A DNA stretch of 34,630 nucleotides, from assembly GCA_029762535.1 (NCBI GenBank), contig JARVGK010000035.1, positions 1 to 34,630 of the forward strand. The letters are read 5' to 3'. This DNA comes from Thermoplasmatota archaeon (GTDB lineage Archaea; Thermoplasmatota; Penumbrarchaeia; Penumbrarchaeales; Penumbrarchaeaceae). The notes beneath the pieces are model-generated. The model made no database searches. It was not told where the DNA came from and saw only the letters and a program-made list of their open reading frames with translations. Each line of letters opens with the position of its first letter. Positions within the stretch are counted from its first letter, which is position 1. The position numbers and the translations under genes were made by a program. Below, in pieces: positions 8,276 through 17,586 of the stretch.

Positions 8276-9538
8276 TCAACGTTTGATCCGGTATCTTGTT
8301 GTTGGACCCGATCCGATCTTCTCGATCAGGTTCAAACTCATCAGCTCATCGACGATCCGTAAGACGGTCCCTTTCGAGATCCCCATCCTCCTGGATATCT
8401 CGGAGGAAGAGCTATCGCCATAGGATAGTATCCCGATGAGATCCTTCTGTTCTTCTGAAAGGTTCGTGAGCGTTTTGGTGAACTTGATCGAGGTATAATT
8501 CGGTCGTATATTATAAGAAAAATCCACAAAAGGATGTTTTTCACATTCCTCCCTGATCAGATCGATACCCCTTCCTTGTCTCTCAACGAATCTTGATTGG
8601 AACATCAGCTCATAAAGGATCGGATTGCGAGGGATCGGTATCGGATCTTCGGGTGTCGTTCCGGGAGGGAAGGATCCGGGATTCCTGATCTGCAATCCAT
8701 CTTTGACATACTCAACGAAGACCTCTGATTTGATGGCATAGTTGCGGTGAGTCACAGCATTGACGATCGCTTCCCTGATAGCCTTTATCGGATATTCGGG
8801 CACATCCTTTCTCTCGAATCCGGCCTGGATCGGATAGAATGCCATATCCTTGGCAATGTCCTTTTCAACTTCTTTTATCGTTCTGATGAAGGATCCGGAA
8901 TACCTCTTCCAGGTTCCGTCGATCTTAATGACCCGGATCGAGGCATGAGGAATGATCGTTTCAGGGTCAGGATAGAAAAAAAGGAGCCCTGCCAGGGAAA
9001 GGTATCCATCGGATGTTGTTGCCCCAATTCTATTGAGGTAGGACCCGATATCCGCGATCTGTGTCCGCGAACTGCTATGGAATTCCTCCACCAATGTTTC
9101 GTCAGGTTTCATATCTGTTGGGGTCTTGTCGATCTCATAGAGAAGGTTCTCGGCACCTATTGTGAATATCTCCTGCATGGAAAGAGGTCTTTTCGATGTC
9201 CCGATCCTTATGTATGCGATACCCCCGATCGAACACAGATTCGTAGATTGTGGGATATCCAGGATCAATATATCCTTATCTTCGATCCTAATATGATCGA
9301 AGTTGATCTTGACCGGGGGAGTGATGGAGTTTGCATGGTCGGAGATCTTCAATTTGGAGGTTTCAAGGTTGCACCCTTGGACCATTCCCGTGTCGTCGAC
9401 ACCGATGAGCAATAAACCCCCGAATCCATTGGCGATGGCGCAGATCTCCTCGCCTATATCGGATGTGACCTTGGTCTTGAATTCGATCCTCTCCGATTCC
9501 CCTCCCTTGATGATGTCCAGGAGTTCGTTGAGCTGCAT
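8276..9538 (-). CDS. AlbA_2 (Schlafen-like) + HATPase_c_4 + wHTH protein (COG2865-type)
   Basis: GESERIEFK, ICAIAN..GGLLLIGVDD, REAIVNAVTHRNY, NPGSFP, RNPIL, VERQGRGI, C-terminal wHTH. Start ATG 9538 preferred over the track start 9583. Confidence 0.88.
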   Translation of the reverse strand: MQLNELLDIIKGGESERIEFKTKVTSDIGEEICAIANGFGGLLLIGVDDTGMVQGCNLETSKLKISDHANSITPPVKINFDHIRIEDKDILILDIPQSTNLCSIGGIAYIRIGTSKRPLSMQEIFTIGAENLLYEIDKTPTDMKPDETLVEEFHSSSRTQIADIGSYLNRIGATTSDGYLSLAGLLFFYPDPETIIPHASIRVIKIDGTWKRYSGSFIRTIKEVEKDIAKDMAFYPIQAGFERKDVPEYPIKAIREAIVNAVTHRNYAIKSEVFVEYVKDGLQIRNPGSFPPGTTPEDPIPIPRNPILYELMFQSRFVERQGRGIDLIREECEKHPFVDFSYNIRPNYTSIKFTKTLTNLSEEQKDLIGILSYGDSSSSEISRRMGISKGTVLRIVDELMSLNLIEKIGSGPTTRYRIKR

Positions 9539-9676
9539 ACATCGTTCGGTAATGTTAAACGGGAATTTAAACGTATCGTTCAAAATACGATGAACGATGT
9601 TGAACGATAACCAAATTCCAGCAATAATTATCCTATTTAATGTTCAGTGTAGCCTGAACGAGAGAACTGTCAACCT

Positions 9677-9725
9677 TCGGAAATTCTAGTCTGGTCCTTA
9701 TATACCCCTCGGAAATTCTCGTCTG
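9677..9725. promoter_or_regulatory. 17-bp direct repeats flanking a TATA-like box (candidate operator)
   Basis: tcggaaattctagtctg (9677-9693) - TTATATA - tcggaaattctcgtctg (9709-9725). Confidence 0.5.
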
Positions 9726-9806
9726 ATTTCAGGAGATCCCATCCGATCTCTATTTCCGAAATAAGCGTCACATGATCCCCCCAATGGATCGATTTTTCTT
9801 TCCCAC

Positions 9807-9880
9807 CTGGGATCGCTTGGCCACCCCACAATGAAGTACTTCGTGGAGTGCGATCGATCCCCCCCTTACGACGGAGGGAG
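9807..9880. repeat. Partial repeat copy (tgggatcg..ggccacccc..aatgaagtacttcgtgga module)
   Basis: Matches 14283-14325, 14340-14383 and 15919-15962. Confidence 0.75.
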
Positions 9881-10143
9881 CACCTTATGAATTGAAAGGA
9901 CCATACTGATTTGGGGTCCTGATAGATCCCGAATAGGCTCCGAAGGGTGACGCTAGGAACGATCCACCGATCACCTACGATATGGAGGATCCGTATATTG
10001 ATCTCACAGGTGCTCCGATAATATCGATAGGCTGTCCAATTATATTACTGAATTTGGAATTAGAATCAATAAAAGACTTACTATTATGGTATTTAAATCC
10101 AATTACAGTAAGTTATATGTAATATCACGATCATTTGCCCGGC

Positions 10144-11379
10144 ATGTACGTTGAAAGGGACCTCGAAGGGTATTTCGAGAGGATCAAAGGCCTTTACAAT
10201 ACGATAGCGATCGCAGGACCCAGACAATCCGGTAAGACGACCTTTCTGAAGAACAGGATGAACAGCAGGAACTCCTATCTTCTTATGGACGACATCGATA
10301 TCAGGTCGCTGTTCGAGACCGATGTAAAAGGATTCGAGAACAGATATCTGAAAGGGAACGACGTCACGATCCTCGACGAGGTTCAGGTTTGCAAGGATGC
10401 GGGGATCAATCTGAAATACCTCAACGACACCGGCAACAGGACCTGGATCACTTCCTCATCGGAGACCCTTCTCGGAAAGGAGGTCCTATCCTTCCTCGTG
10501 GGAAGGGTATCGATCCTGAGACTGTATCCTTTTTCGGTCTCGGAGATCATGAGGGCGAGGCAGTATCATTCCCCGAACGATGTCCAGATCCTCCGTTCCA
10601 TAAGGGAGATGGTCTCCTTCGGAGGGTATCCGAGAGTTGTCCTGGAGGAGGATCCCCTCCTCAAGGAGGTCCTGCTGAGGGACCTCCACGAGACACTCGT
10701 CCTCAGGGATGTCGCCAGGGTGTTCAACATCAGGGACTTGGGAGCACTTGAGAGGAGCGCGCTCTATCTGGCGAACATGTACACGGGGCAGCTTTCGATG
10801 GACAAGATGTCAAGGAATGTCGCGATATCATACAAGACCCTGAAGGAATATCTATCCGCAATGGAGAAGAGCTACCTCATCAGGTTGGTTACCCCGTTCT
10901 TCACGAATCCCAACAAGGAATTGACCAAACTTCCCAAGGTATATTTCATAGACAACGGAATGAGGAACATAATCTCGGGGAACGTCGGGATGCAATTGGA
11001 CGGACCCTCGTTCGAGAACCTCATTTTCACGGAACTGATAAAACTGGGTCACAAACCGAAATACTGGCAGAAGAAGACGGGGACGGAGGTGGATTTCGTC
11101 GTTCGTGTGGGGAACGAAACGATGCCGATCGAGGTGAAATTGAACAGCGTGGAGCTGAAGATCGAATCGGGTATGAGGTCATTCATCGAACAGTATTCTC
11201 CGAAAAGAGCTTATATCGTCAACTCCGCAGGCAAGAGGGGCGAGATCGAGGTGAATGATACAAAGGTATCTTTTATCGACATCATGAAATTAAAAACTGT
11301 CTTCAAGTATATGGGATGGAACACGCCGGATGAAAAAGATGAGGGATCATCTTTTCAGGAAGAATATGACATTAGATAA
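10144..11379 (+). CDS. AAA+ ATPase, AAA_14/DUF4143 family (COG1373)
   Basis: Walker A GPRQSGKT, Walker B ILDEVQ, GGYP, PKVYFIDNG, FENLI..EL, EVDFV..PIEVK (PD-(D/E)xK-like tail). ATG 10144 preferred. Confidence 0.92.
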   Translation: MYVERDLEGYFERIKGLYNTIAIAGPRQSGKTTFLKNRMNSRNSYLLMDDIDIRSLFETDVKGFENRYLKGNDVTILDEVQVCKDAGINLKYLNDTGNRTWITSSSETLLGKEVLSFLVGRVSILRLYPFSVSEIMRARQYHSPNDVQILRSIREMVSFGGYPRVVLEEDPLLKEVLLRDLHETLVLRDVARVFNIRDLGALERSALYLANMYTGQLSMDKMSRNVAISYKTLKEYLSAMEKSYLIRLVTPFFTNPNKELTKLPKVYFIDNGMRNIISGNVGMQLDGPSFENLIFTELIKLGHKPKYWQKKTGTEVDFVVRVGNETMPIEVKLNSVELKIESGMRSFIEQYSPKRAYIVNSAGKRGEIEVNDTKVSFIDIMKLKTVFKYMGWNTPDEKDEGSSFQEEYDIR

Positions 11380-11521
11380 GGACGGTCCATTTGTCATTAA
11401 ACTTTAATGGAACAGCAGAGAAAGATGGTCCATAACGAAGGTCAAGGAGATCTCCGAATACTCGGGATCTTCGTACCAGTATCACTGAATAATGATGTTG
11501 GGTCTGCGTGAGATGCTCCGT

Positions 11522-12019
11522 TCACCTCTCGAACTTCTTCCTCAAAGTATCCAGGTCCTTGGACGTGATGACCTCGAACCGCTCCTTTCTGGCAGCCTCG
11601 CACATCTCACGGTCGTCGGATACCAGAAGGACATCCTCGCGGACCAGTCTCATCGTATCTCTCAATTCCATCAATGAACCGAGATGGATCGCATCGAGAG
11701 TCCTGGTCCCGTGCTCCATTATGACCTCGATGGCCTTTCCCATCGTATCCTCACTTACAGGCCTTATCATAATACGCTCGGAGTCCCTGGCTATTGCGGC
11801 CAATGCTATCGATACGTCCTTCTTCGAGAGCATTCTACCCTTCTGTGCTCTCTTCAAGACACTGAACAGTTCCACCATGGTGATCGAGGATGTGACAACG
11901 ATATTGCCTTCGGATATCGCTTCATCCATCAGATAGTCCGCGAGATCCGTCCCCTCCTCGGTCTTGTATCGCTTGACCAGGACCGAGGTATCGATGTAGA
12001 AATAGACCATGGGGGTCAT
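11522..12019 (-). CDS. vapC: VapC-family PIN-domain toxin
   Basis: YIDTSVLVKRY..EEGT, VEL, RTLDAIHL, VSDD motifs; ATGA overlap with the upstream antitoxin. Confidence 0.9.
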   Translation of the reverse strand: MTPMVYFYIDTSVLVKRYKTEEGTDLADYLMDEAISEGNIVVTSSITMVELFSVLKRAQKGRMLSKKDVSIALAAIARDSERIMIRPVSEDTMGKAIEVIMEHGTRTLDAIHLGSLMELRDTMRLVREDVLLVSDDREMCEAARKERFEVITSKDLDTLRKKFER

Positions 12020-12249
12020 TCCTCGTTCCTTATCTCATCGAGGATCCCGCTGAGCTTTTTACTCCCCATTTTACTGTCGAGTCTCTTCCTGGCCTCTTTC
12101 ACATCCCTGATCTCGTCCCTGTACTTGTATGCCAGGTCCCGTATGGCATCCCTCAATGCCTCGCTCTTGCTCTTGTACAGACCGGCGGCGACAAGGAGCT
12201 TTAGCTCCTCGTTCATCTCCTTTGGTATGTCGGTGCTCACGATGGACAT
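12016..12249 (-). CDS. vapB: Ribbon-helix-helix (CopG/Arc) antitoxin
   Basis: IVSTDIP..MNEELKLLVAAGLYKSKSEALRDAIRDL RHH signature; translationally coupled to the PIN gene. Confidence 0.85.
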   Translation of the reverse strand: MSIVSTDIPKEMNEELKLLVAAGLYKSKSEALRDAIRDLAYKYRDEIRDVKEARKRLDSKMGSKKLSGILDEIRNEE

Positions 12250-12429
12250 TTTAATTACCCGCTAATAACATATGATTAAAAATATTTATCATTATCGGTA
12301 ACAGGAACATGGGATCCCATCTCCCAACGTCGGCACATAGGTGCCGTTGTTTGGAGATCGATAGTTTCTTGATCGATGAGGATCCGCCCCTGAATCCGGA
12401 TATACACCTACTCTACCCCATCCACCACC

Positions 12430-12700
12430 GGATCCCCCCATGCTGGCATGCTAAACGGAGTGCTATCGATCCCCCCCATCCCACCTCTACGATTTGGGGG
12501 ATCCTTTTCGAGAGTGGGAAGACCCTTCTCCCCCAAAGGGGGATCTCTCCCCTGCCTCATGGAGGGTATTCTCGCCGCGGGGATCCCCCCCCTCCTCAAC
12601 GAAGGGGGGGATCCTCTTCGAAAGGGGGATAACCTTTCTACACTGAAGGGGGCTTGTCTTTGAGAGGTGGAAGAAATCCTAACTAAAGGGGGGATCCGTC
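12430..12700. repeat. Modular hairpin repeat copy (degenerate flanks extend ~12310-12800)
   Basis: atcccacctctacgattt is shared with 15979; ccccc-aaa-ggggg atctctcccctgcctcatgg with 5785-5818; acctttctacact..tgtctttgaga with 19369-19401. Confidence 0.88.
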
Positions 12701-12998
12701 ACTTGATCCACCCCTATCCCACCCCCTTCCGCGCCAGGATCCCCCCAAAACCGGACAACGATTTTACCCCCCTCCATGAATGATGGGGGGCACTTTAAAG
12801 GAGGAGGGGCAATATCTGGATTCCATGATACTCTATTCATCGATTCCAAAGCGTACCCCAAAGGAGGCGAGAGGGTGCATCTCACGAAGAGGATAGAGTC
12901 GATAAAGCATTGGATATATTTTACTAACCGCATAGATTTGACAATAATATGCGTTTATGAACAGATAAATTTTATACAAAGAATGCCGTTATCCTACC

Positions 12999-14264
12999 AT
13001 GAACCTGAGAGAGATCATCCTGGACCAACAGAAGGAACTCGAGGACATCGAAAAACAGGAAACGCTTATCGAGCGTGAGAACCTTCGGTTGGCCAAGGGA
13101 TACATAGAACACCCCAACCTCCTGGTCGTCATGGGGATCAGGCGTTGCGGAAAGTCCGTCTTCTCATATCAGATCTCCAAAGGGGAAAGGGCGGGATACT
13201 TCAATTTCGATGATGAGCGCCTGATAGGCATGGATCATTCGGACCTCAACGTGGTCCTCAAAACCCTCTACATGATACACGGTGATCTGGATATGATAGT
13301 TCTGGATGAGATCCAGAACATAGAGGGATGGGAGATCTTCGCGAACCGCCTGAGAAGGACGAAACGAGTCGTGATAACGGGCAGCAATTCAAATATGCTC
13401 GAAGGAGACCTATCCACAAAACTGACCGGACGATATCTGGACATCACTTTGTTCCCTTTCTCCTTCAGGGAATATCTGAACAGCAGAGGGATGGTATTGA
13501 GAGACGATCTCGATACAAAGGACCAGGGAGAGGTAATGAAGATGCTTCTCGGATATATGGAGCAGGGGGGGTTTCCAGAGGTTAAGAAGATCGGGCGGGC
13601 GATCATTCCCCTGATATTCAATAACATCCTTTCCAGAGATATAATCTCGAAGAACAACATCAGGAAAAGGGAGAGTTTCATAAGACTTGCCAAATATCTT
13701 ATTTCGAACCATTCCACGGAGATAACCTATCGCAGCCTGAGCCGTATCATAGGTGTGGACCGGATCCAGACCGTTTCGAGATGGATCGAATACCTGCAAG
13801 AGGCGTACCTTGTATTTACCCTAGAACGATTCAATTTTAAACTCAAGGAACAGTTCAGAGCACCGAAGAAGGTGTACTGTGTGGATAGCGGAATTATAAA
13901 TTCCGTCGCTTTCAGGTCAGGACCTGACGAGGGAAGGTTGATGGAGAATCTAGTGGCCATTCAGTTGCAGCGATACAAGACATCTGACCGGGATATTGAG
14001 GTTTATTATTGGAAAGACCATGAACAGCGGGAGGTGGATTTCGTCCTGAAACGCGGTACATCCGTGGAAAAGCTGATCCAGGTCACCTATGCGGAGATAA
14101 GAGATGATATCAGGGACAGGGAGCTGATATCTCTGTGCATCGCTTCAGAGCTGCTGAGATGTGACGATCTAACAGTGATAACATGGACCTATGAAGGATA
14201 CGAGGTCATGAATGAAAAGCGGATAACTTTCAAACCTCTATGGAAATTTCTATTGGAACGATAG
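12999..14264 (+). CDS. AAA+ ATPase, AAA_14/DUF4143 family (COG1373)
   Basis: GIRRCGKS, LDEIQ, ITGSNS, GGFPE, PKKVYCVDSG, LMENLV, EVDFV..LIQV. Confidence 0.93.
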   Translation: MNLREIILDQQKELEDIEKQETLIERENLRLAKGYIEHPNLLVVMGIRRCGKSVFSYQISKGERAGYFNFDDERLIGMDHSDLNVVLKTLYMIHGDLDMIVLDEIQNIEGWEIFANRLRRTKRVVITGSNSNMLEGDLSTKLTGRYLDITLFPFSFREYLNSRGMVLRDDLDTKDQGEVMKMLLGYMEQGGFPEVKKIGRAIIPLIFNNILSRDIISKNNIRKRESFIRLAKYLISNHSTEITYRSLSRIIGVDRIQTVSRWIEYLQEAYLVFTLERFNFKLKEQFRAPKKVYCVDSGIINSVAFRSGPDEGRLMENLVAIQLQRYKTSDRDIEVYYWKDHEQREVDFVLKRGTSVEKLIQVTYAEIRDDIRDRELISLCIASELLRCDDLTVITWTYEGYEVMNEKRITFKPLWKFLLER

Positions 14265-14282
14265 TTGAATACGAAACTATAT

Positions 14283-14385
14283 TGGGATCGCCGGGCCACC
14301 CCCATAATGAATTACTCCCGTGGAACACTAAGATTCCCCCTGGGATCGTCGGATTACCCCCCACGCTGAGTTACTTCGTGGAGTA
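14283..14385. repeat. Tandem pair of the tgggatcg..cccc..tact..cgtgga module
   Basis: 14283-14325 and 14340-14383 resemble each other and 9807-9850. Confidence 0.75.
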
Positions 14386-14540
14386 TTGATATTCTTCCCA
14401 CTTTTTTGAGCCACAAAATAGTTTCAGCAACCTCTCCAAGAAATCATATGATAAAGCAATGTTCATATTGGCTTCCAATAATAAATGGAATAAACATAAT
14501 CTCGTCAAGATATGCTTGATCCAGATAAGGTGGATATGGA

Positions 14541-15419
14541 ATGAACATAAAAGAACCAATTCTCATCGAGGATATTCAGAGTCGAATATATTCGATTCGA
14601 GGTGTCCAAGTGATGTTGGATGCTGACCTTGCGCTATTGTACATGGTCGAGACGAAGGTGCTGAATCAAGCTGTGAAAAGAAACAGGGACCGATTTCCCC
14701 AGCATTTCTGTTTTCAGATAACCGGTGATGAAATGGAAATCTTGAAGTCACACATTGTGACCTCAAGTTGGGGAGGAAGAAGAACAAAACCTTATGCTTT
14801 TACCGAACAAGGAGTGGCGATGCTCTCCGCGGTCTTGAAAACCCCTGTTGCAGTTGAGATGAGTGTGATAATAATCGATGCTTTCGTTAAAATGCGCCAT
14901 TTTATTCTTTCCAACGCCCAGCTGTTTCAACGTCTGGATACACTGGAATCGAAGCAAGTGGAAACTGATAGGAAAATGGAAAAGGTTTTACGGGCTATAG
15001 AATTCAAGGAAATACAGCCAAAGCAAGGGATATTCTACGAGGGTCAGATATTCGATGCACATAAACTTGTAACGGGAATCCTCCAAAGCGCCAGGAAGTC
15101 CATCGTCATAATCGACAATTATCTTGATGATAGCATTCTTACCATGCTCATAAACCGTGATGAGAACGTCAATGTGCTTCTGTTGACAAAGAACCTCACA
15201 AGTGTATTGGTCCAGAATGTTCTGAAATTCAACGAACAATATCCCCGGATCGAGATAAAAGAGTTCAGGAACTCCCATGACAGGTTCATCATCATAGATG
15301 ATAAAGACATCTACCACTTCGGAGCATCATTGAAGGACTTGGGAAAGAAGTGGTTCGCATTCTCGAAGATGGAGATCGGGGCTATCGAGATGATTTCCAA
15401 GCTCGAGAGAACGAAATGA
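14541..15419 (+). CDS. ORF6N (KilA-N-like) DNA-binding protein with C-terminal PLD-fold-like domain
   Basis: IYSIRGVQVMLDADLA..TKVLNQAVKRN..RFP..PYAFTEQGVAMLS; C-terminal IIDNY..SHDRFIIID..YHFGASLKDLG. Confidence 0.9.
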   Translation: MNIKEPILIEDIQSRIYSIRGVQVMLDADLALLYMVETKVLNQAVKRNRDRFPQHFCFQITGDEMEILKSHIVTSSWGGRRTKPYAFTEQGVAMLSAVLKTPVAVEMSVIIIDAFVKMRHFILSNAQLFQRLDTLESKQVETDRKMEKVLRAIEFKEIQPKQGIFYEGQIFDAHKLVTGILQSARKSIVIIDNYLDDSILTMLINRDENVNVLLLTKNLTSVLVQNVLKFNEQYPRIEIKEFRNSHDRFIIIDDKDIYHFGASLKDLGKKWFAFSKMEIGAIEMISKLERTK

Positions 15420-15491
15420 CCGATGAAGATATCAAAAGATGGTTGGAAGACCAAAAAAAAATATATATAGAAAATCGAATCATATAATATC

Positions 15492-15599
15492 ATGGCCGAG
15501 TCCGATAACAAGACCCTCAAAAAGAGGGATATTGATGCTATAGTGGATGATAGCATCAGGGATAATAAAGAGCTCTTAAAGAGACTTGCCAAAATGTAG
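15492..15599 (+). CDS. 35-aa small protein resembling the C-terminus of Doc/Fic-associated antitoxins
   Basis: MAESDNKTLKKRDIDAIVDDSIRDNKELLKRLAKM*. An A-run plus TATATATA lies ~23 nt upstream. Below the ORF-track size cutoff. Confidence 0.6.
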   Translation: MAESDNKTLKKRDIDAIVDDSIRDNKELLKRLAKM

Positions 15600-15665
15600 A
15601 TCGATAATATCTTATCGTTCATATGATATTTTTATACCAGGATTCGATGTTATCATATCCATCTG

Positions 15666-16135
15666 ATGAGATCCCCCTTTGCCCCAGGGATGTGAAGGGG
15701 AGAAAACTTTCGGAAACGTCATGGTGAGATAATTGTGGGGATACCGGTATATAAATCCCAATCATACCCCATGTATCATGTCGAGTCATTATTTGACGAG
15801 ACATGTGGAAAATCTCGTAGAACGAAGTTCAAGAGATCGAGGAAATCCGAAGGATTTTCTCAAGATCACGAAGTGATTTTTCAAATATGTCGAGACAAAG
15901 GGATCCCCCTCACCCCCCTTGGATCGCCGTGCCTCCCCCCACGTTGAGATACTCCCGTAGAACGTGTAGAATCCCACCATCCCACCTCTACGATTTAGGG
16001 AATCCTCTTCGCGAAGGGATCTACCTCTCCCCCGAAGGGGGATCCATTCCGCCCCCCATCCCCAACGAGTTGGGGGATCCTCCCTTGATCCACCGCCCTT
16101 CCCAACGATATGGAGGCTTCTCTTTAAAGGGAGGA
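15666..16135. repeat. Modular hairpin repeat copy
   Basis: gagatccccctttgcccc (also at 16812); 15799-15884 matches 5588-5673; 15919-15962 module; core units at 15970-16130. Confidence 0.9.
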
Positions 16136-16146
16136 AAAACTCCAAG

Positions 16147-16728
16147 TCAAGTATCCTGTTTACCTGTCAAGTTCTCCCATTCTTCTTGAGTACATAGATA
16201 CTCCACTGAAAGATCTATGTGATAGAGGAATCCGTCATCTTCAATTCCTCTCCATATGAACGGTCCGGGCCATGTATCCTCGCCAGGATTGCAGGTAAAG
16301 TCATCCACAACGAGGAATTCATGCATGAGGTGTGTTCCTTCATTAGAAATTAAAATGAATTGATCTGAATAAGGCATGGTGCCCCCAGGGATCGTGTCGG
16401 ATACCTCATTTCCGTTGCTATCCGTCCCCGTGATGATAGATCCGTGAATGATGTCTGGTTCAGTGTTTGGATGCCCATCCTCGTAGGTGATGTTCAGGAT
16501 GATCTGCCGGATAGGGATTTCAGCCAATAGAATGTTCAGGTTATGATCCCCGGTGTAGGACTTTGTTCCATCCGGTGTCATCATAGCACCGTCGTGGGAT
16601 GATCGATCCCAATAAGTGGACTCTTCCGGTGTTTTTTCCTCTTTTTTATCGTCAATGGAGATGCAACCCGATACCATTGATATTATCAGGATGATTATAA
16701 TCGCTGTGGAAAAGAACATAACTTTCAT
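16147..16728 (-). CDS. Hypothetical secreted lipoprotein
   Basis: Hydrophobic N-terminus ending in lipobox-like VSGCI. GGTGAT SD before ATG 16728 (alternative start 16740). Confidence 0.75.
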   Translation of the reverse strand: MKVMFFSTAIIIILIISMVSGCISIDDKKEEKTPEESTYWDRSSHDGAMMTPDGTKSYTGDHNLNILLAEIPIRQIILNITYEDGHPNTEPDIIHGSIITGTDSNGNEVSDTIPGGTMPYSDQFILISNEGTHLMHEFLVVDDFTCNPGEDTWPGPFIWRGIEDDGFLYHIDLSVEYLCTQEEWENLTGKQDT

Positions 16729-16809
16729 TTTTATCACCATTATCTAAAAGCAATTACTTTCTATTTAAACCCAAAGGGTAAACGGGAGAAACCCCTCATT
16801 TCTCTCAAT

Positions 16810-16862
16810 GAGAGATCCCCCTTTGCCCCCCGGAATGAAAGAGCAAAGATCCCAGGATCGGG
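16810..16862. repeat. Short repeat module
   Basis: gagatccccctttgccccccggaatgaaagagcaaagatccc resembles 7526-7565 and 15667-15700. Confidence 0.75.
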
Positions 16863-16866
16863 GTAA

Positions 16867-17118
16867 TTCGTCACCTTCTGGGGCGGAGGGTTAGAAAAAA
16901 AATACCGCAAGTTCGGACGGGCGAGGGTGTTCAGAAAGGTGGAGAAATACTCCGGCAAACAATGCCTGTGCGAAGCTTTCTCCATCAAACTGGTGGTTCC
17001 CAAGGATTGGCAGAAGGACGATCAGGCTATGATGGCTGCCCGGCTGACTGGAGAGACCTTCAAGGGCCCCATTGTGGACAGTTATAAAAAGTTCCTCGAA
17101 AAGATATCCGGCAAGTGA
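16867..17118 (+). pseudogene. Flavodoxin-like protein, 3' fragment (paralog of 21312-21872)
   Basis: *FVTFWGGG..KFG..VFRKVEKY..CEAF.IKL.VP.D.QKDD.AMM.ARLT.ETFKGPIVD matches the C-terminal ~90 aa of the intact gene; begins directly after the repeat module. Confidence 0.88.
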
Positions 17119-17168
17119 AGGGAGAAAAACGGCTGCAATCAAGCGGCCTTTCATTGCCCCGGACCTGT

Positions 17169-17516
17169 TCATAAATTCATAAGAAGACAATGGATCCAAT
17201 CCAGAAACAGATGCAACAGCACCCCCAGACTGAAATATTTAATGTATTTGTTTTTAAAAAGCAATCCAAAAACCCACAAAGGCATCGTGTACCAGCTATG
17301 GAGCGGATGATAGTTTATGCTGCACCTACCGGGATCATAGATTGGATCAGCCAGAAAATGGTCAATATCAATTATATTGGAAGCTGCAACCGTCAGGGAA
17401 AGGAAGATGAATGATCTTCTATCATTTTTGAACCAGTTCCTCACATCTTTGTCTATCAGGCATATCAATACGATCAATAATATGTTCGACAAGATATGAA
17501 TATGTGTGGCTGGCAT
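17169..17516 (-). CDS. DUF6122-family small membrane protein
   Basis: IDIDHFLADPIYDPGRCSINYHPLHS and HLFLD motifs; hydrophobic helices. Confidence 0.8.
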   Translation of the reverse strand: MPATHIHILSNILLIVLICLIDKDVRNWFKNDRRSFIFLSLTVAASNIIDIDHFLADPIYDPGRCSINYHPLHSWYTMPLWVFGLLFKNKYIKYFSLGVLLHLFLDWIHCLLMNL

Positions 17517-17586
17517 GATATTCCGTCACCATGAGTGGATGATATATAATTTTATGTGCAGAGTGAATGGTTTCCAAGAAACATAT

